Positions 37,785 through 47,355 are shown, numbered from the stretch's first letter. The stretch: DNA of 53,409 nt from Nitrososphaeria archaeon (GCA_046536595.1 JAWDMM010000004.1:1-53409); one strand, 5' to 3'. Made by a program: numbers and translations. Notes: generated by a model from the sequence alone, not told the origin.

Positions 37785-39821
37785 ATGAATAATGATCTTT
37801 ACCCGCTTTACTATCCAGAATCTATTTCTGTTATAGGCGTTTCCCCACGGGAAGATAATTTTGCTACAATAATATTTAAAAATCTACTAAAGTCAAAAGA
37901 TGAAAAAACTCTCAATGCTGAAATTTATCCAGTAAACCCCCTGTATGAAGAATGTGCGGGATATAAATGCTTGAAGGAAGTGCCAGAGACAGATTTGACG
38001 ATAATTTCGGTACCATCAAGCCTGGCATGGCAATACCTAAAAGAAGCGGATAAAAGAGGGACAAAAACTGCCATTGTTATTTCTGGAGGCTTTACAGAAT
38101 CTGGAGCTGGAAAGCTGCTCAAAGAAAAGTTAAAAATCAGGGTGCTTGGCCCTAATACCATAGGTATAGTTAATACACATAACGGGTTAAATACACTGTT
38201 CCTGCCTGAAAAAAAGGCAACTAAAGACGGAAGATTTTTAGAATCTCTTCCAAAGTTAAAAAAAGGTAAAGTGGCAATTATAACTCAAAGTGGAGGGGTC
38301 AGCGTTTCTATCCTTGATGAGCTTTTAACCAGCAACATAGGTATCAGTTCTCTTACTTGCCTGGGAAATTCTGAAGATATTACAATCTCTGATACGCTGG
38401 AATTTTTATCTTATGATGAAAATACTGAAGCTGTAGCTATGTACATTGAAGGAATCAAGGATGGTAAAAAATTTATGAAAATAGCCTCTGATTTAACTAA
38501 AAAGAAAAAAGCCTTTGCCCTGCTCGCAGGAGTTACACAGGTAGGAAAAAGAGCGACGATGTCTCACACCGCTTCGATAATGAGCAACTATGAAACATAT
38601 TCCTCTGCATTAAAACAGGCTGGAATAATACAGGTTTACACGCTCAGGGAACTTATAGATGTTATAAAAACATATGAAATGAACGGTTTACCAAGGTCTG
38701 ATAAGGCTATTGTGCTGACCAATAGCGGAGGCGCTGGCGTTCTTGCGGCCGACAACGTTGCAAAAAACGGAGTCAACGTGCCTGATGTATCAGGAATGTT
38801 GAGCGAGTTAAAGACAACCGGTAAAGTTCCTAAAATTGCAAGTCTTGCTAATCCCATAGACGTTAGCGCTTCAGGAACCGACGAAAGCATCATTGAGGTT
38901 TACAAAAAATTGAGCGAGAATGGCTTTTCAAATTTTATAATAATAAGTACCCATTATCCTCCTGGAATTACTGATAAACTTCCAGAAGCCATAAAACAGA
39001 TTTCTGACGAGTACAAAAACTTCAACATAGGGGTAGAACTAGGCAATACTGAATGGTCTGAACATTTGAGAAAGGCTTTCTGGCTAATGGGTATACCTGC
39101 TTTTAATTCTCCCGAAGAAGCTTCAATTACAATGGCCTATCTTGTAAAATCGTCAAAGGCACAGCCAACGTGGCGTTTTTCTCTTAGAAAAGAACCAAAA
39201 ATAAGTTTTAAGGGTATAGTGATAGATCCAGAAAGTTCTGAATTTTTAAAAGAATTTGGGTTTATTATACCTTCATGGGGATGGATAGATAAATCTGATC
39301 TCAATAAATTGCCATATCCTATTGTGCTAAAAGTTTACAGAAAAGACCTTATTCACAAAACTGAACAAAACGCTGTAAAGGTAAATATTTTAAACGCTCA
39401 AGAAGCGATGATCGCTGTTGAAGATCTGAACGAAAGATTCCCAGACGGCAGGATTTATTACCAGCAGATGATCAAAGGCCAGGAAATAAGGTTAGGTTTT
39501 GTAAAGGACGAATCTTTTGGAGCTGTTGTAAGCGTTGGTATTGGAGGAACACTGACAGAGCTCTACAGGATAACATCAAACTATGTTTGTCCTGTTACAT
39601 CTGATGAAGCTTTAAACATGCTTAAAGAAACAAAGATATTTGAGCTCTTAAAAGGTTACAGAAACAAAACTATTTATGATCCTGAAAAGTTTGCAAGAAC
39701 AATATCTGAAATTTCTCAATGGGTATATGATAAAGAAAATTTAAAGGAACTGGAAATTAACCCTCTTATTGTAAATGAGAATGGGCCTCACGTAATAGAT
39801 CTCAGAATGAACTTCGACTGA
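37785..39821 (+). CDS. ADP-forming acetate/acyl-CoA ligase (alpha-beta fusion)
   Basis: IYPVNP, ISGGF.E, LGPN, TQSGG, SHT phospho-His, TNSGG.G, NPID; C-terminal ATP-grasp (HKTE, EINPL). Confidence 0.88.
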   Translation: MNNDLYPLYYPESISVIGVSPREDNFATIIFKNLLKSKDEKTLNAEIYPVNPLYEECAGYKCLKEVPETDLTIISVPSSLAWQYLKEADKRGTKTAIVISGGFTESGAGKLLKEKLKIRVLGPNTIGIVNTHNGLNTLFLPEKKATKDGRFLESLPKLKKGKVAIITQSGGVSVSILDELLTSNIGISSLTCLGNSEDITISDTLEFLSYDENTEAVAMYIEGIKDGKKFMKIASDLTKKKKAFALLAGVTQVGKRATMSHTASIMSNYETYSSALKQAGIIQVYTLRELIDVIKTYEMNGLPRSDKAIVLTNSGGAGVLAADNVAKNGVNVPDVSGMLSELKTTGKVPKIASLANPIDVSASGTDESIIEVYKKLSENGFSNFIIISTHYPPGITDKLPEAIKQISDEYKNFNIGVELGNTEWSEHLRKAFWLMGIPAFNSPEEASITMAYLVKSSKAQPTWRFSLRKEPKISFKGIVIDPESSEFLKEFGFIIPSWGWIDKSDLNKLPYPIVLKVYRKDLIHKTEQNAVKVNILNAQEAMIAVEDLNERFPDGRIYYQQMIKGQEIRLGFVKDESFGAVVSVGIGGTLTELYRITSNYVCPVTSDEALNMLKETKIFELLKGYRNKTIYDPEKFARTISEISQWVYDKENLKELEINPLIVNENGPHVIDLRMNFD

Positions 39822-40026
39822 CGTCTTCTCCGTCCTAAAGTGCTAATGTTACCTTAGGACGGATCATAGGTTCGTGCTTTACCGCCTTCATAGCAAGTGG
39901 TTACCCACCCCGCTCCGTTCGTCCAGCGATAGACCAAGGGCTGTGCCTTCAGCCACTTACCCCTATCCTCAACGGACTCGGGAATATGTAGAGCCCTCAT
40001 GGTGCATTCCCTTACGGGACACGCTT
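39800..40026 (-). ncRNA. Candidate stand-alone TnpB omega-RNA (scaffold plus flanking guide)
   Basis: TATA at 40050-40057 lies about 25 nt before the conserved 5' hairpin TCCC-GTAA-GGGA; covarying 3' stem relative to copy 1. Expression not shown. Confidence 0.5.
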
Positions 40027-40097
40027 TAATGCGCTTTACAATGTTTTAGTATTTAAATTTTACCCCCTCTGGAAGAGGCGAGGCTTTCGTTCGTTTT
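39818..40097 (-). mobile_element. Complete 280-bp non-autonomous IS200/IS605-derived element, copy 2 (SMN1/PATE-like)
   Basis: Minus strand: TTTAC|AAAACGAACGAAAGCCTCGCCTCTTCCAGAGG left end, TATA TTTAAATA, a body alignable to 1-221, terminus GAAGACGTCAG. Left boundary is inferred. Confidence 0.85.
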
Positions 40098-40415
40098 GTA
40101 AATGACGTTTTATTTTATTAACAGGACTCCTTAATCATACGGCTTATAAATTTATTTAATATATTTTTTAAAAAATAAAAATAATTATCCTTTAATTTTT
40201 TGTTCAATTTAAGACAAATTTTTCATACATACAAATATTATTTTAATTTTTTTACAAAAATAAATATTTAATTTAAAATCATCTAAACTAATATATATAG
40301 TTAATTAAATTATTTCTTTCATAAATTAGAGAAATTTTTTGAAAAAAATTAACATTTTTAAGAGAAATTTTCTTAAAAACATATAAATATTTAGCTTTTC
40401 ATATAAATCATAAAG

Positions 40416-40676
40416 ATGTATCAAGTTGTGCATTCCAAATGGGAAGTTATCATTAATAAGGAAAGGTGCAAAGGTTGTGAAATATGCATAAACGCATGTC
40501 CTCAACAAAATCTTTCGCTCAGTGAAAATGTAAATTCTCAAGGCTATCATTATGTAGAGTTTTTTGAAATGGGGAAAAAAGGAGAATGCACTGGTTGTAA
40601 GATATGCTGGTGGGTTTGTCCCGAATACGCCATACTTGAGGTGAGAAAAAATGAAAAGACTGATAATGGGAGCTAA
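40416..40676 (+). CDS. 2-oxoacid:ferredoxin oxidoreductase delta subunit (2x[4Fe-4S])
   Basis: CKGCEICINACP and CTGCKICWWVCP. Confidence 0.9.
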   Translation: MYQVVHSKWEVIINKERCKGCEICINACPQQNLSLSENVNSQGYHYVEFFEMGKKGECTGCKICWWVCPEYAILEVRKNEKTDNGS

Positions 40677-41688
40677 AGCTATAGCTGAAGCCGCAGTCAG
40701 TTCTGGACTTGAAGCTTATTTCGGTTATCCTATAACTCCTAGTAGTGAAATTATGGAGAATATATCTGTACTTTATGGAGAAAGAAAATACCCGTGGTTT
40801 AAGGTTTTTTTGCAAAGTGCAAGCGAAATAGAATCAGTTAACATGCTTTTTGGTGCAGGAGCAGCAGGATATGTTTCTATGACAGCAACTTCAGGTCCGG
40901 GACTCAGCCTTATGGCAGAAGGTATTTCTTATGCTTATGCCTCAGAGGCTCCATTTTTGATAATTGATGTTAACAGGGGTGGTCCTGGTTTGGGCAATGT
41001 TGCGCCTGAACAGAGCGACATCTCATTTGTTTTAAATTCTCTTGGGCACGGAGGTGTAAAGCCAATCGTTCTGGCCCCTCACACTGTACAGGAATCCATG
41101 GAATACGTTCATAAGGGGTTTGAGCTTGCATTTACGTACAGAATTCCGGTTATTCTGCTTACTGACGCGCTTATAGTTCACATGTATGATACCGTAGAAT
41201 GGGAACCGCCTTACATAGTAAAACCAAAGGTTGACTGGGCGGCAAGAGGGAGAAATTATGGACAAAGGCATATAATAAACAGCATCTACCTTGATCCTCC
41301 AGAACTTAAGGCGAACAAAGAAAGGCTACTTCAGAAACAGAAAGAAATAGAAAAAATAGCCGAATCTGAATGCTTTATGTGTAATGATTATCTCGACGTA
41401 CTTTACATATCTATAGGTATTTCAGCAAGAATATCAAAAGAGGCCGTTTTGAAGTTAAGAGAAAACGGAATTAAAGCGGGGCTCTTTAGACCGATAACAT
41501 TAAGCCCTTTGGATAAGGATAACCTTTTAAAATATTCATCCCGCGCAGAAAAAATGGTATCTGTTGAGATGAACGAAGGGCAGCTTGCGCAGGAAATAAT
41601 GCGCATAACGAGGAGGGACGTCGATGTTTTGCCGTATCTTGGTGGGTACATTCCTGACGTTGAGGAGGTGGCTGAAGCATGGAAGTAA
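40651..41688 (+). CDS. 2-oxoacid:ferredoxin oxidoreductase alpha subunit (VOR/KOR-like)
   Basis: GYPITPSSE, TATSGPG.SL, RGGPGLG, EMN.GQ. Confidence 0.9.
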   Translation: MKRLIMGAKAIAEAAVSSGLEAYFGYPITPSSEIMENISVLYGERKYPWFKVFLQSASEIESVNMLFGAGAAGYVSMTATSGPGLSLMAEGISYAYASEAPFLIIDVNRGGPGLGNVAPEQSDISFVLNSLGHGGVKPIVLAPHTVQESMEYVHKGFELAFTYRIPVILLTDALIVHMYDTVEWEPPYIVKPKVDWAARGRNYGQRHIINSIYLDPPELKANKERLLQKQKEIEKIAESECFMCNDYLDVLYISIGISARISKEAVLKLRENGIKAGLFRPITLSPLDKDNLLKYSSRAEKMVSVEMNEGQLAQEIMRITRRDVDVLPYLGGYIPDVEEVAEAWK

Positions 41689-42461
41689 AGCAGTTTTCAA
41701 GCATTTATGAAAACGGCATAACGACATACTGTCCGGGCTGTGAGCACGGGCTGCTTTTGAAATTCATAGGCATGGCACTGGATGAACTCGGTATCACAGA
41801 AAAGGCCATAATGGTTGGATCTGTTGGCTGTTCCACATTAGCCTATAAATTTTTGAACGTTGATTATGTGCAGGCTCCTCACGGCAGGGCACCAGCTATA
41901 ATGTCTGCCATCAAACTGCTTGAAAAGGATAAAGTGGTATTCGGCATACAAGGTGATGGAGATGCCCTTTCGATCGGTATAGCGGAACTCATACATGCGG
42001 CAAACAGGGGCATACCTATAACAGTTTTTATGTACAACAACATGGTCTTTGGGATGACAGGAGGCCAGATGGCCCCGACAACTCCCGAAGGCATGAAAAC
42101 AACGACAACTCCTTTTGGAAGGGACATAAAGCAGATGGGACCGCCGCTTGACGCCTGCAAAATTCTGTCCGCTTTTCCTCAGATATCATATTTGAAAAGA
42201 GTTGTTATAACACCAAAGCCGATATTTACAAAGGACAGGGTCATGTATTCTTCAAAGGAAGCTATGGATTCATATAAAGCTGTTCTTAACGCTTTTAAAA
42301 CTCAGCTCATGGGAGGTTTCAGCTTTGTTGAGTTCATCGGAACGTGCAACGTAAACTGGAAGATGACCATTCTCGATTCAAAGAAGTACGTGCACGACGT
42401 CGGAGTAAAGGTATATCCGCCAGCTCTATGTAGGGACGCTTTCGGAGTTGACAAAAGATGA
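41679..42461 (+). CDS. 2-oxoacid:ferredoxin oxidoreductase beta subunit
   Basis: YCPGC.HG, VGCS, HGRAP, TPP motif GDGD...NN, GMTGGQMAPTT. Confidence 0.9.
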   Translation: MEVKQFSSIYENGITTYCPGCEHGLLLKFIGMALDELGITEKAIMVGSVGCSTLAYKFLNVDYVQAPHGRAPAIMSAIKLLEKDKVVFGIQGDGDALSIGIAELIHAANRGIPITVFMYNNMVFGMTGGQMAPTTPEGMKTTTTPFGRDIKQMGPPLDACKILSAFPQISYLKRVVITPKPIFTKDRVMYSSKEAMDSYKAVLNAFKTQLMGGFSFVEFIGTCNVNWKMTILDSKKYVHDVGVKVYPPALCRDAFGVDKR

Positions 42462-43018
42462 AGATCTCAGTAATCAATTCCGGAAGGGGAGGTCTAGGAG
42501 TAGTAGAGCTCGGCGAAATGCTTGGCTGGTATTTTATAAACCTTGGTTACAAGGCTACCAGCGTGCCTAACTACGGACCGCAGACAAGAGGAGGTTATGT
42601 TGAAAGCGTTGTAGTTGCCAGCGACACAGAAGTCCTTAACCCGATTCCGCACAACTTTGACATAGCTAACGTCCTTGATGCCCTTGGCATGTATGCAGTA
42701 GAAAAAATAAAGAATGGAGGCAAGGTCATAATAAATTCTACGCTCATAAAAGAAAAAGTGAAAGCTAATGGAGAAGTCTACTATCTGCCAGCTACAAAGA
42801 TTGCAGAAGAAGCTTCAAAGGGCAAGTTGAGGGAACCTAGGGTTGCATCAAACTCTGCTGTATTTGGATTCCTTGTAAGAGAGCTTGGAGGCGATGAAAA
42901 TCTCCTAGATAAAGCTATACAAGAAGCTCTTAGCGACAAGTCTTCAAATGTCATACAGATAAACATCGATATAGCTAAAAAGGCTTATCAAGGGTATAAA
43001 GATCTGCTCGAAAAATGA
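42458..43018 (+). CDS. 2-oxoacid:ferredoxin oxidoreductase gamma subunit
   Basis: GRGGLG, YGPQTRGG, N.A.FG motifs. Confidence 0.88.
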   Translation: MKISVINSGRGGLGVVELGEMLGWYFINLGYKATSVPNYGPQTRGGYVESVVVASDTEVLNPIPHNFDIANVLDALGMYAVEKIKNGGKVIINSTLIKEKVKANGEVYYLPATKIAEEASKGKLREPRVASNSAVFGFLVRELGGDENLLDKAIQEALSDKSSNVIQINIDIAKKAYQGYKDLLEK

Positions 43019-43023
43019 TTTTT

Positions 43024-43226
43024 GAAAACTATCCTAAGCTCACTGCTAAAGCTTCCGGTTAATAGTCGAACCTTTGGGCTGAATTTTTTCTTTAATCTTT
43101 GCATTATTTTCAGGGTTGAGCACCAGTCTGCAAAGATCGTACGCTTAAAGCTTTTAAAAAATTCGCAAAGGTATGTCATTCACAGCTCGAAGAAGGGGAT
43201 TTTTTGCTCCTTTAACCAGCATAAAG
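43024..43226 (-). mobile_element. Degenerate internally deleted IS605-type element (about 200 bp)
   Basis: Left end GGGGATTTTTTGCTCCTTTAACCAGCATAAAG|TTAAA resembles 18410-18445. GTG at 43123 reads MLNPENNAKIKEK (compare MPNPEKKARIMK at 29451). Decayed right end GAAAACTATCC at 43024. Confidence 0.65.
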
Positions 43227-44066
43227 TTAAAATTCAAAAAGCGACCTGAGGACAAGGATTACATTGCTGGCTTCTCTGAACCTTCTCCTCGCATAGTCAA
43301 CCCATTTTTCCCCATAAGGAACATAAAGGGCTTTTTTTATATTATCTTCTTTTAAATTAAAAATAAATTTGTTCTTTATTCCGAGTAACATGGCGACAGT
43401 CACGTTCTTGTTGTACCGTTTGTTGAGTTCTATGGCCTCTTTAACAAGCTTCAGGTCATGAGTCGCAACGGTAAACTCTGACGCGTTTTCGAACAGATAA
43501 TGCATTATTCTCCTGTAATTTTCTGTTTTTTCTTTCCAAGTTGTATAAGCTATCTCAGGGGGTTCTTTGTAAGCTCCTTTAACCAATCTTATGATGCCGT
43601 TTCTTTTCACTATCTCCTCTACATCTTTATTGCTTCTCTTCAAATAAGACTGTATAGCTATCCCCTCCCTTGAGACCAGAAGTCCCTCAAAGTAAAGCTT
43701 TATTGTCGATTCTACATAGTTAGAAGCTTCCATGTCAAGCCATACAAACACATCGTTAACCTTAGCATATCTTAATATCTTCATATAATTTTCTTTAGCT
43801 TTTTCATAGCTTACGCTTAAGCCAATCTGAGTCGGTTTAACCGCTATATCACTTATTATCTTTTTTTCTGCTATTTCGTCTATAAGCTCAAAATAATTCT
43901 CAACGTTAGCAGTTATTTCATTTTCTTCTTTCAGTTCCTCTCCCAGATAATTGAGTATAACTCCTACGTTTTTTTCGTTCAGCTTTTTTGCGATTTTTAT
44001 AGCATCATCAATAGTTGGACCTGCTATCCATTTTTTCGCGAAAATCCTTTCTATCCACTCAAACAA
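43227..44066 (-). CDS. putB: Monofunctional proline dehydrogenase
   Basis: LGE, K.TQ.G, LDME, QSYL.R, RLVKGAY, ATHD, MLLG, YVPYG..W..Y..RR. Confidence 0.92.
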   Translation of the reverse strand: MFEWIERIFAKKWIAGPTIDDAIKIAKKLNEKNVGVILNYLGEELKEENEITANVENYFELIDEIAEKKIISDIAVKPTQIGLSVSYEKAKENYMKILRYAKVNDVFVWLDMEASNYVESTIKLYFEGLLVSREGIAIQSYLKRSNKDVEEIVKRNGIIRLVKGAYKEPPEIAYTTWKEKTENYRRIMHYLFENASEFTVATHDLKLVKEAIELNKRYNKNVTVAMLLGIKNKFIFNLKEDNIKKALYVPYGEKWVDYARRRFREASNVILVLRSLFEF

Positions 44067-44266
44067 TTTACAAATTTATATTTATAAAAACTAGATAATT
44101 AAGCTTTTTATGATAACAAAATTAGATTTTTTAGTAACAGTCCATAATTTAAGTACAACCTGTTAATTATACTAAAAATTATAATGGATAAATCGTTTAC
44201 TTGTGTTTTTTATATTCCCTCTATTTTAAATAAAAAAGTTTAAAAATACGCAGGCACTATTTAATT

Positions 44267-45892
44267 ATGAAAATGAACGGGTTCAAGGATGTTTTTACCT
44301 ACCTTTCTTATGTGTCTCAGGGAAAAGAAGCAGAGTTCCACGAGCTTTTCGAACAGGCTGTTGAAAAGGTAAAGGCGGAGTATATAGGAAAAGAATACCC
44401 TATTTACATTGGCGAAAAGGAGTTAAAAACGGATGCAAAGCTTGTTGAAAAATCACCAATCGATGGATCAACCGTATGTATATGCCAAAAGGGTGACAGA
44501 GAAGTTGCAAGAAAAGGAATAGAGGAAGCTAAAGCTGCTTTTGAAGAGTGGTTTGAGCTTGGCTGGAACAAAAGGGCAGCAATCATGAGGAAAGCAGCAA
44601 CCATAATAGAAAAGAACAGGTTTGAGCTCGCCGCGGTGCTTTCAATAGAGAATGGGAAAAACAGGCTTGAATCCATAGGGGAAGTTGATGAGGCGATAAA
44701 TTTCTTAAGGTATTACGCTTATCTGCTAACTTCCAACAAAGGTTACAATCAGATAGTTAAGCTGACTTCAAAGGGGGTCAAGATAAAGTACGGTTTTCAA
44801 GGATCTGTTACAAAGACAGAAGTAATTGAACAGAGGATGGTTCCTTACGGGGTTTTCGGCATACTTGCTCCTTTTAACTTCCCAGTATCCATATCAACCG
44901 GAATGAGCGTCGGCGCGCTCGTAACCGGTAACACGGCCATCTTAAAACCATCTTCGACCGGCAACATGACGATGCTCACAGGCATAATGATCTACAAATA
45001 CCTTATAGAAGCCGGAGTGCCGAAAGGTGCATACAACGTAATCACTGGCCCCGGATCCGAAGTCGGAGATGAGCTTGTCATAAACCCTGATGTGGCCGGT
45101 ATAGCATTCACGGGATCAAAGGACGTCGGAAAATCCATGATAAAGAAGGCTTATGACCTTGGTCTCAACAAAGTTTTTGTCGTTGAAATGGGTGGAAAGA
45201 ACCCTGCTATCGTAACAGAAACAGCAAACATAGACGAAGCTGCCCAGGGGATAATATCAGCCGCATTCGGCTATCAGGGACAGAAGTGCAGCGCTCTTTC
45301 AAGGCTTTACGTGCACAAGAAAGTTAAGGATGTCCTTGTAGAGGAGCTAGTAAGAAGGATGAAAGAATTAACCATCGGGGATCCTCTTAAGAAGGAAGTG
45401 TATCTTGGACCGCTAATTAGCGAAGAAGCCTATCAGAGGTATGTCTGGGCGGTAAACCTCGGAAATAAAGATGGCAAAATAATATACGGCGGTAAAATGG
45501 TTGAAACCGGGCTGAAAGGCTATTATGTAGAACCAACTCTTATCGAACTCAAACACGGACACGAGCTTTTCAAGAAAGAGCTGTTCCTGCCTATCCTTGT
45601 GATGGATTCTTTTGAAAACTTTAACGATGCAATAAACATGGCCAACGATACTGAGTACGGTCTTACTGCAGGACTATATACAGGCAAAAGGGAAGAAATA
45701 GATGAATTCAGGAGGCGCATACAGGCAGGAGTTGTTTACGTTAACAGAAGCGCAAGCGCAACCACAGGGGCTATGGTAGGTTATCATCCATTCGTAGGAT
45801 GGAAGAGCAGCGGATTTACAGGAAAAGGAGCCGGAAGCAGATTTTACCTGTTACAGTTCCTAAGAGAACAGAGCTTTTCAGTATCAGGCTAA
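44267..45892 (+). CDS. pruA: Delta-1-pyrroline-5-carboxylate dehydrogenase (ALDH family)
   Basis: PFNFP, FTGS, EMGGKN, FGYQGQKCSA, EYGLTAG, TGA.VG.HPF; divergent from proline dehydrogenase. Confidence 0.85.
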   Translation: MKMNGFKDVFTYLSYVSQGKEAEFHELFEQAVEKVKAEYIGKEYPIYIGEKELKTDAKLVEKSPIDGSTVCICQKGDREVARKGIEEAKAAFEEWFELGWNKRAAIMRKAATIIEKNRFELAAVLSIENGKNRLESIGEVDEAINFLRYYAYLLTSNKGYNQIVKLTSKGVKIKYGFQGSVTKTEVIEQRMVPYGVFGILAPFNFPVSISTGMSVGALVTGNTAILKPSSTGNMTMLTGIMIYKYLIEAGVPKGAYNVITGPGSEVGDELVINPDVAGIAFTGSKDVGKSMIKKAYDLGLNKVFVVEMGGKNPAIVTETANIDEAAQGIISAAFGYQGQKCSALSRLYVHKKVKDVLVEELVRRMKELTIGDPLKKEVYLGPLISEEAYQRYVWAVNLGNKDGKIIYGGKMVETGLKGYYVEPTLIELKHGHELFKKELFLPILVMDSFENFNDAINMANDTEYGLTAGLYTGKREEIDEFRRRIQAGVVYVNRSASATTGAMVGYHPFVGWKSSGFTGKGAGSRFYLLQFLREQSFSVSG

Positions 45893-45893
45893 C

Positions 45894-46364
45894 CTAACCT
45901 ATGATTTGTTCTATTTCTTTTAATTTTTCTTTAAGAGAATTTATTTCGGCTTTTAATTTTTCGTTTTCCTCTTTAATGCTTAATAAGTCTTCCTGAGACA
46001 TACCTATGCATTTTTCATCCGGAACATACCTTACTATCTTGTATTCTTCGAGTTCTAATTTTTTGTTTCCCGGATCATAAACTACCTTTACCGTTAGCCT
46101 TATCACGTCTAGCTTATCTATCTTGTTTTTGGTTATCAGTTCGTCAAAAAGCTTTTTATTTATTTCAGAAATATCCCTTATTATCACATCCTTAGGAACA
46201 GAATTGCTAAGCGAAACAAGCGCCACACGCCTGAGCTTGTTTGCATATCTGGCTGCTATTATCAAGCCAGTTGATAGCTGAAAAGCAGTCCTAGCTCCTA
46301 CTGAACCTGCCGTTTCGGTTTCTTTTTCTTGAACTCCTTCATTGGATTTATTTTCGTTATTCAT
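45894..46364 (-). CDS. ThermoDBP-related (DUF2258) single-stranded nucleic-acid-binding protein
   Basis: LSTG.IIA..YA.KLRR, E.N..LF..L, K.DVIR.T motifs plus a C-terminal coiled coil. Confidence 0.78.
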   Translation of the reverse strand: MNNENKSNEGVQEKETETAGSVGARTAFQLSTGLIIAARYANKLRRVALVSLSNSVPKDVIIRDISEINKKLFDELITKNKIDKLDVIRLTVKVVYDPGNKKLELEEYKIVRYVPDEKCIGMSQEDLLSIKEENEKLKAEINSLKEKLKEIEQIIG

Positions 46365-46587
46365 TATAATTTTTATAAATAAAACTTACTAAAAAATTTT
46401 TCTAAAAACTGACATCTATGCTGTCATTACTTTGATCTTATTTTATTTTTAATATAAAAAACTTTAGATCAACTGTTCTGATTATGTACATACAACATTA
46501 CATATTATAATGATTTATGAGTTCATGCCATAGCTTAATGCTGCTGAGCTTTTTTCTGCCCTTAAAGGAAAAGCCTTTTAATGGATG

Positions 46588-47355
46588 CTATAGGCTGTCT
46601 TCCATTATTTTGTACGCTTTTTTATATAAATCTTCAAAGTATCCCTTTTTTATTACAGTATAATCTCCCGAGTAGATGTTTTTCAAAACATTCATGACGC
46701 TTTCTTTCAATTCTTCTGTGTATGGGTTAAGTTCAAAAATTTCTTTTATTAATTCATCTGAACCATAAAGAGATACTGATTCTACAAGCTTCATCATTTT
46801 CTGGCTTGATCCCCAATCCCCTTCTATAGCAAGCCTATTATAAATCATTGAAATTAGCTGGACGAGCTGTATAGTCTTTGTTACAAGCCTGTCATGTTCA
46901 TCCGCGCTCATCGTGGTGATTTCCATTTCAGGAAAAAGTTCCCTTACCATAGCTGATTCTTCTTCCTTTTCTTTTAAAGGGACGTGGATTACTTTTTTTC
47001 CCTTAGCCGTCCTAGCTCCTGGACCAAAAAGAGGGTGAACAGATATTGGTTTTTCAAGGGTTATGAGGCTTTTAACGATGGGTGTTTTTAACCCGCTTAT
47101 CTCTACAAAATATTTTTTAAATTCAGAATTTTTTACGCTATCTATAACTCTCTTGATGCTGCTTATGTTTGTTGAGCAAAAAACCATATCAAAGTTTTTT
47201 ATTTGATCAATCTGGTGGTATCTGAAACCTCTGTCCTTTAAATCTGTAACCTTTACCTGATCGGTATCATAAAAATACGTTTCGTGGTTTTTAGAAGTAA
47301 AGTACTTATAAAACCAAATACCCATCTTCCCAGCTCCTATTATAATTATTTTCAT
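46588..47355 (-). CDS. tyrA: Prephenate dehydrogenase
   Basis: GAGKMG.WF Rossmann motif, EISGLK, SVHPLFGP, ADEHD. Confidence 0.85.
   Translation of the reverse strand: MKIIIIGAGKMGIWFYKYFTSKNHETYFYDTDQVKVTDLKDRGFRYHQIDQIKNFDMVFCSTNISSIKRVIDSVKNSEFKKYFVEISGLKTPIVKSLITLEKPISVHPLFGPGARTAKGKKVIHVPLKEKEEESAMVRELFPEMEITTMSADEHDRLVTKTIQLVQLISMIYNRLAIEGDWGSSQKMMKLVESVSLYGSDELIKEIFELNPYTEELKESVMNVLKNIYSGDYTVIKKGYFEDLYKKAYKIMEDSL

Noticed and set aside
40326..40550. 74-aa minus-strand ORF
   Set aside because: Antisense to the ferredoxin-like subunit and running into low-complexity AT sequence.
42988..43355. Three short ORFs (42988-43179, 43022-43249, 43173-43355)
   Set aside because: They lie in a degenerate IS605 derivative or antisense to putB and show no motifs.
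46457..46475. Solo TIR-like AAAAACTTTAGATCAACTG resembling the MITE end
   Set aside because: 16/19 match in AT-rich DNA with no partner TIR or TSD visible; insufficient evidence.
46544..46578. Possible very old IS605 end (CTGAGCTTTTTTCTGCCCTTAAAGGAAAAGCC)
   Set aside because: Too degenerate to separate from chance or a terminator.
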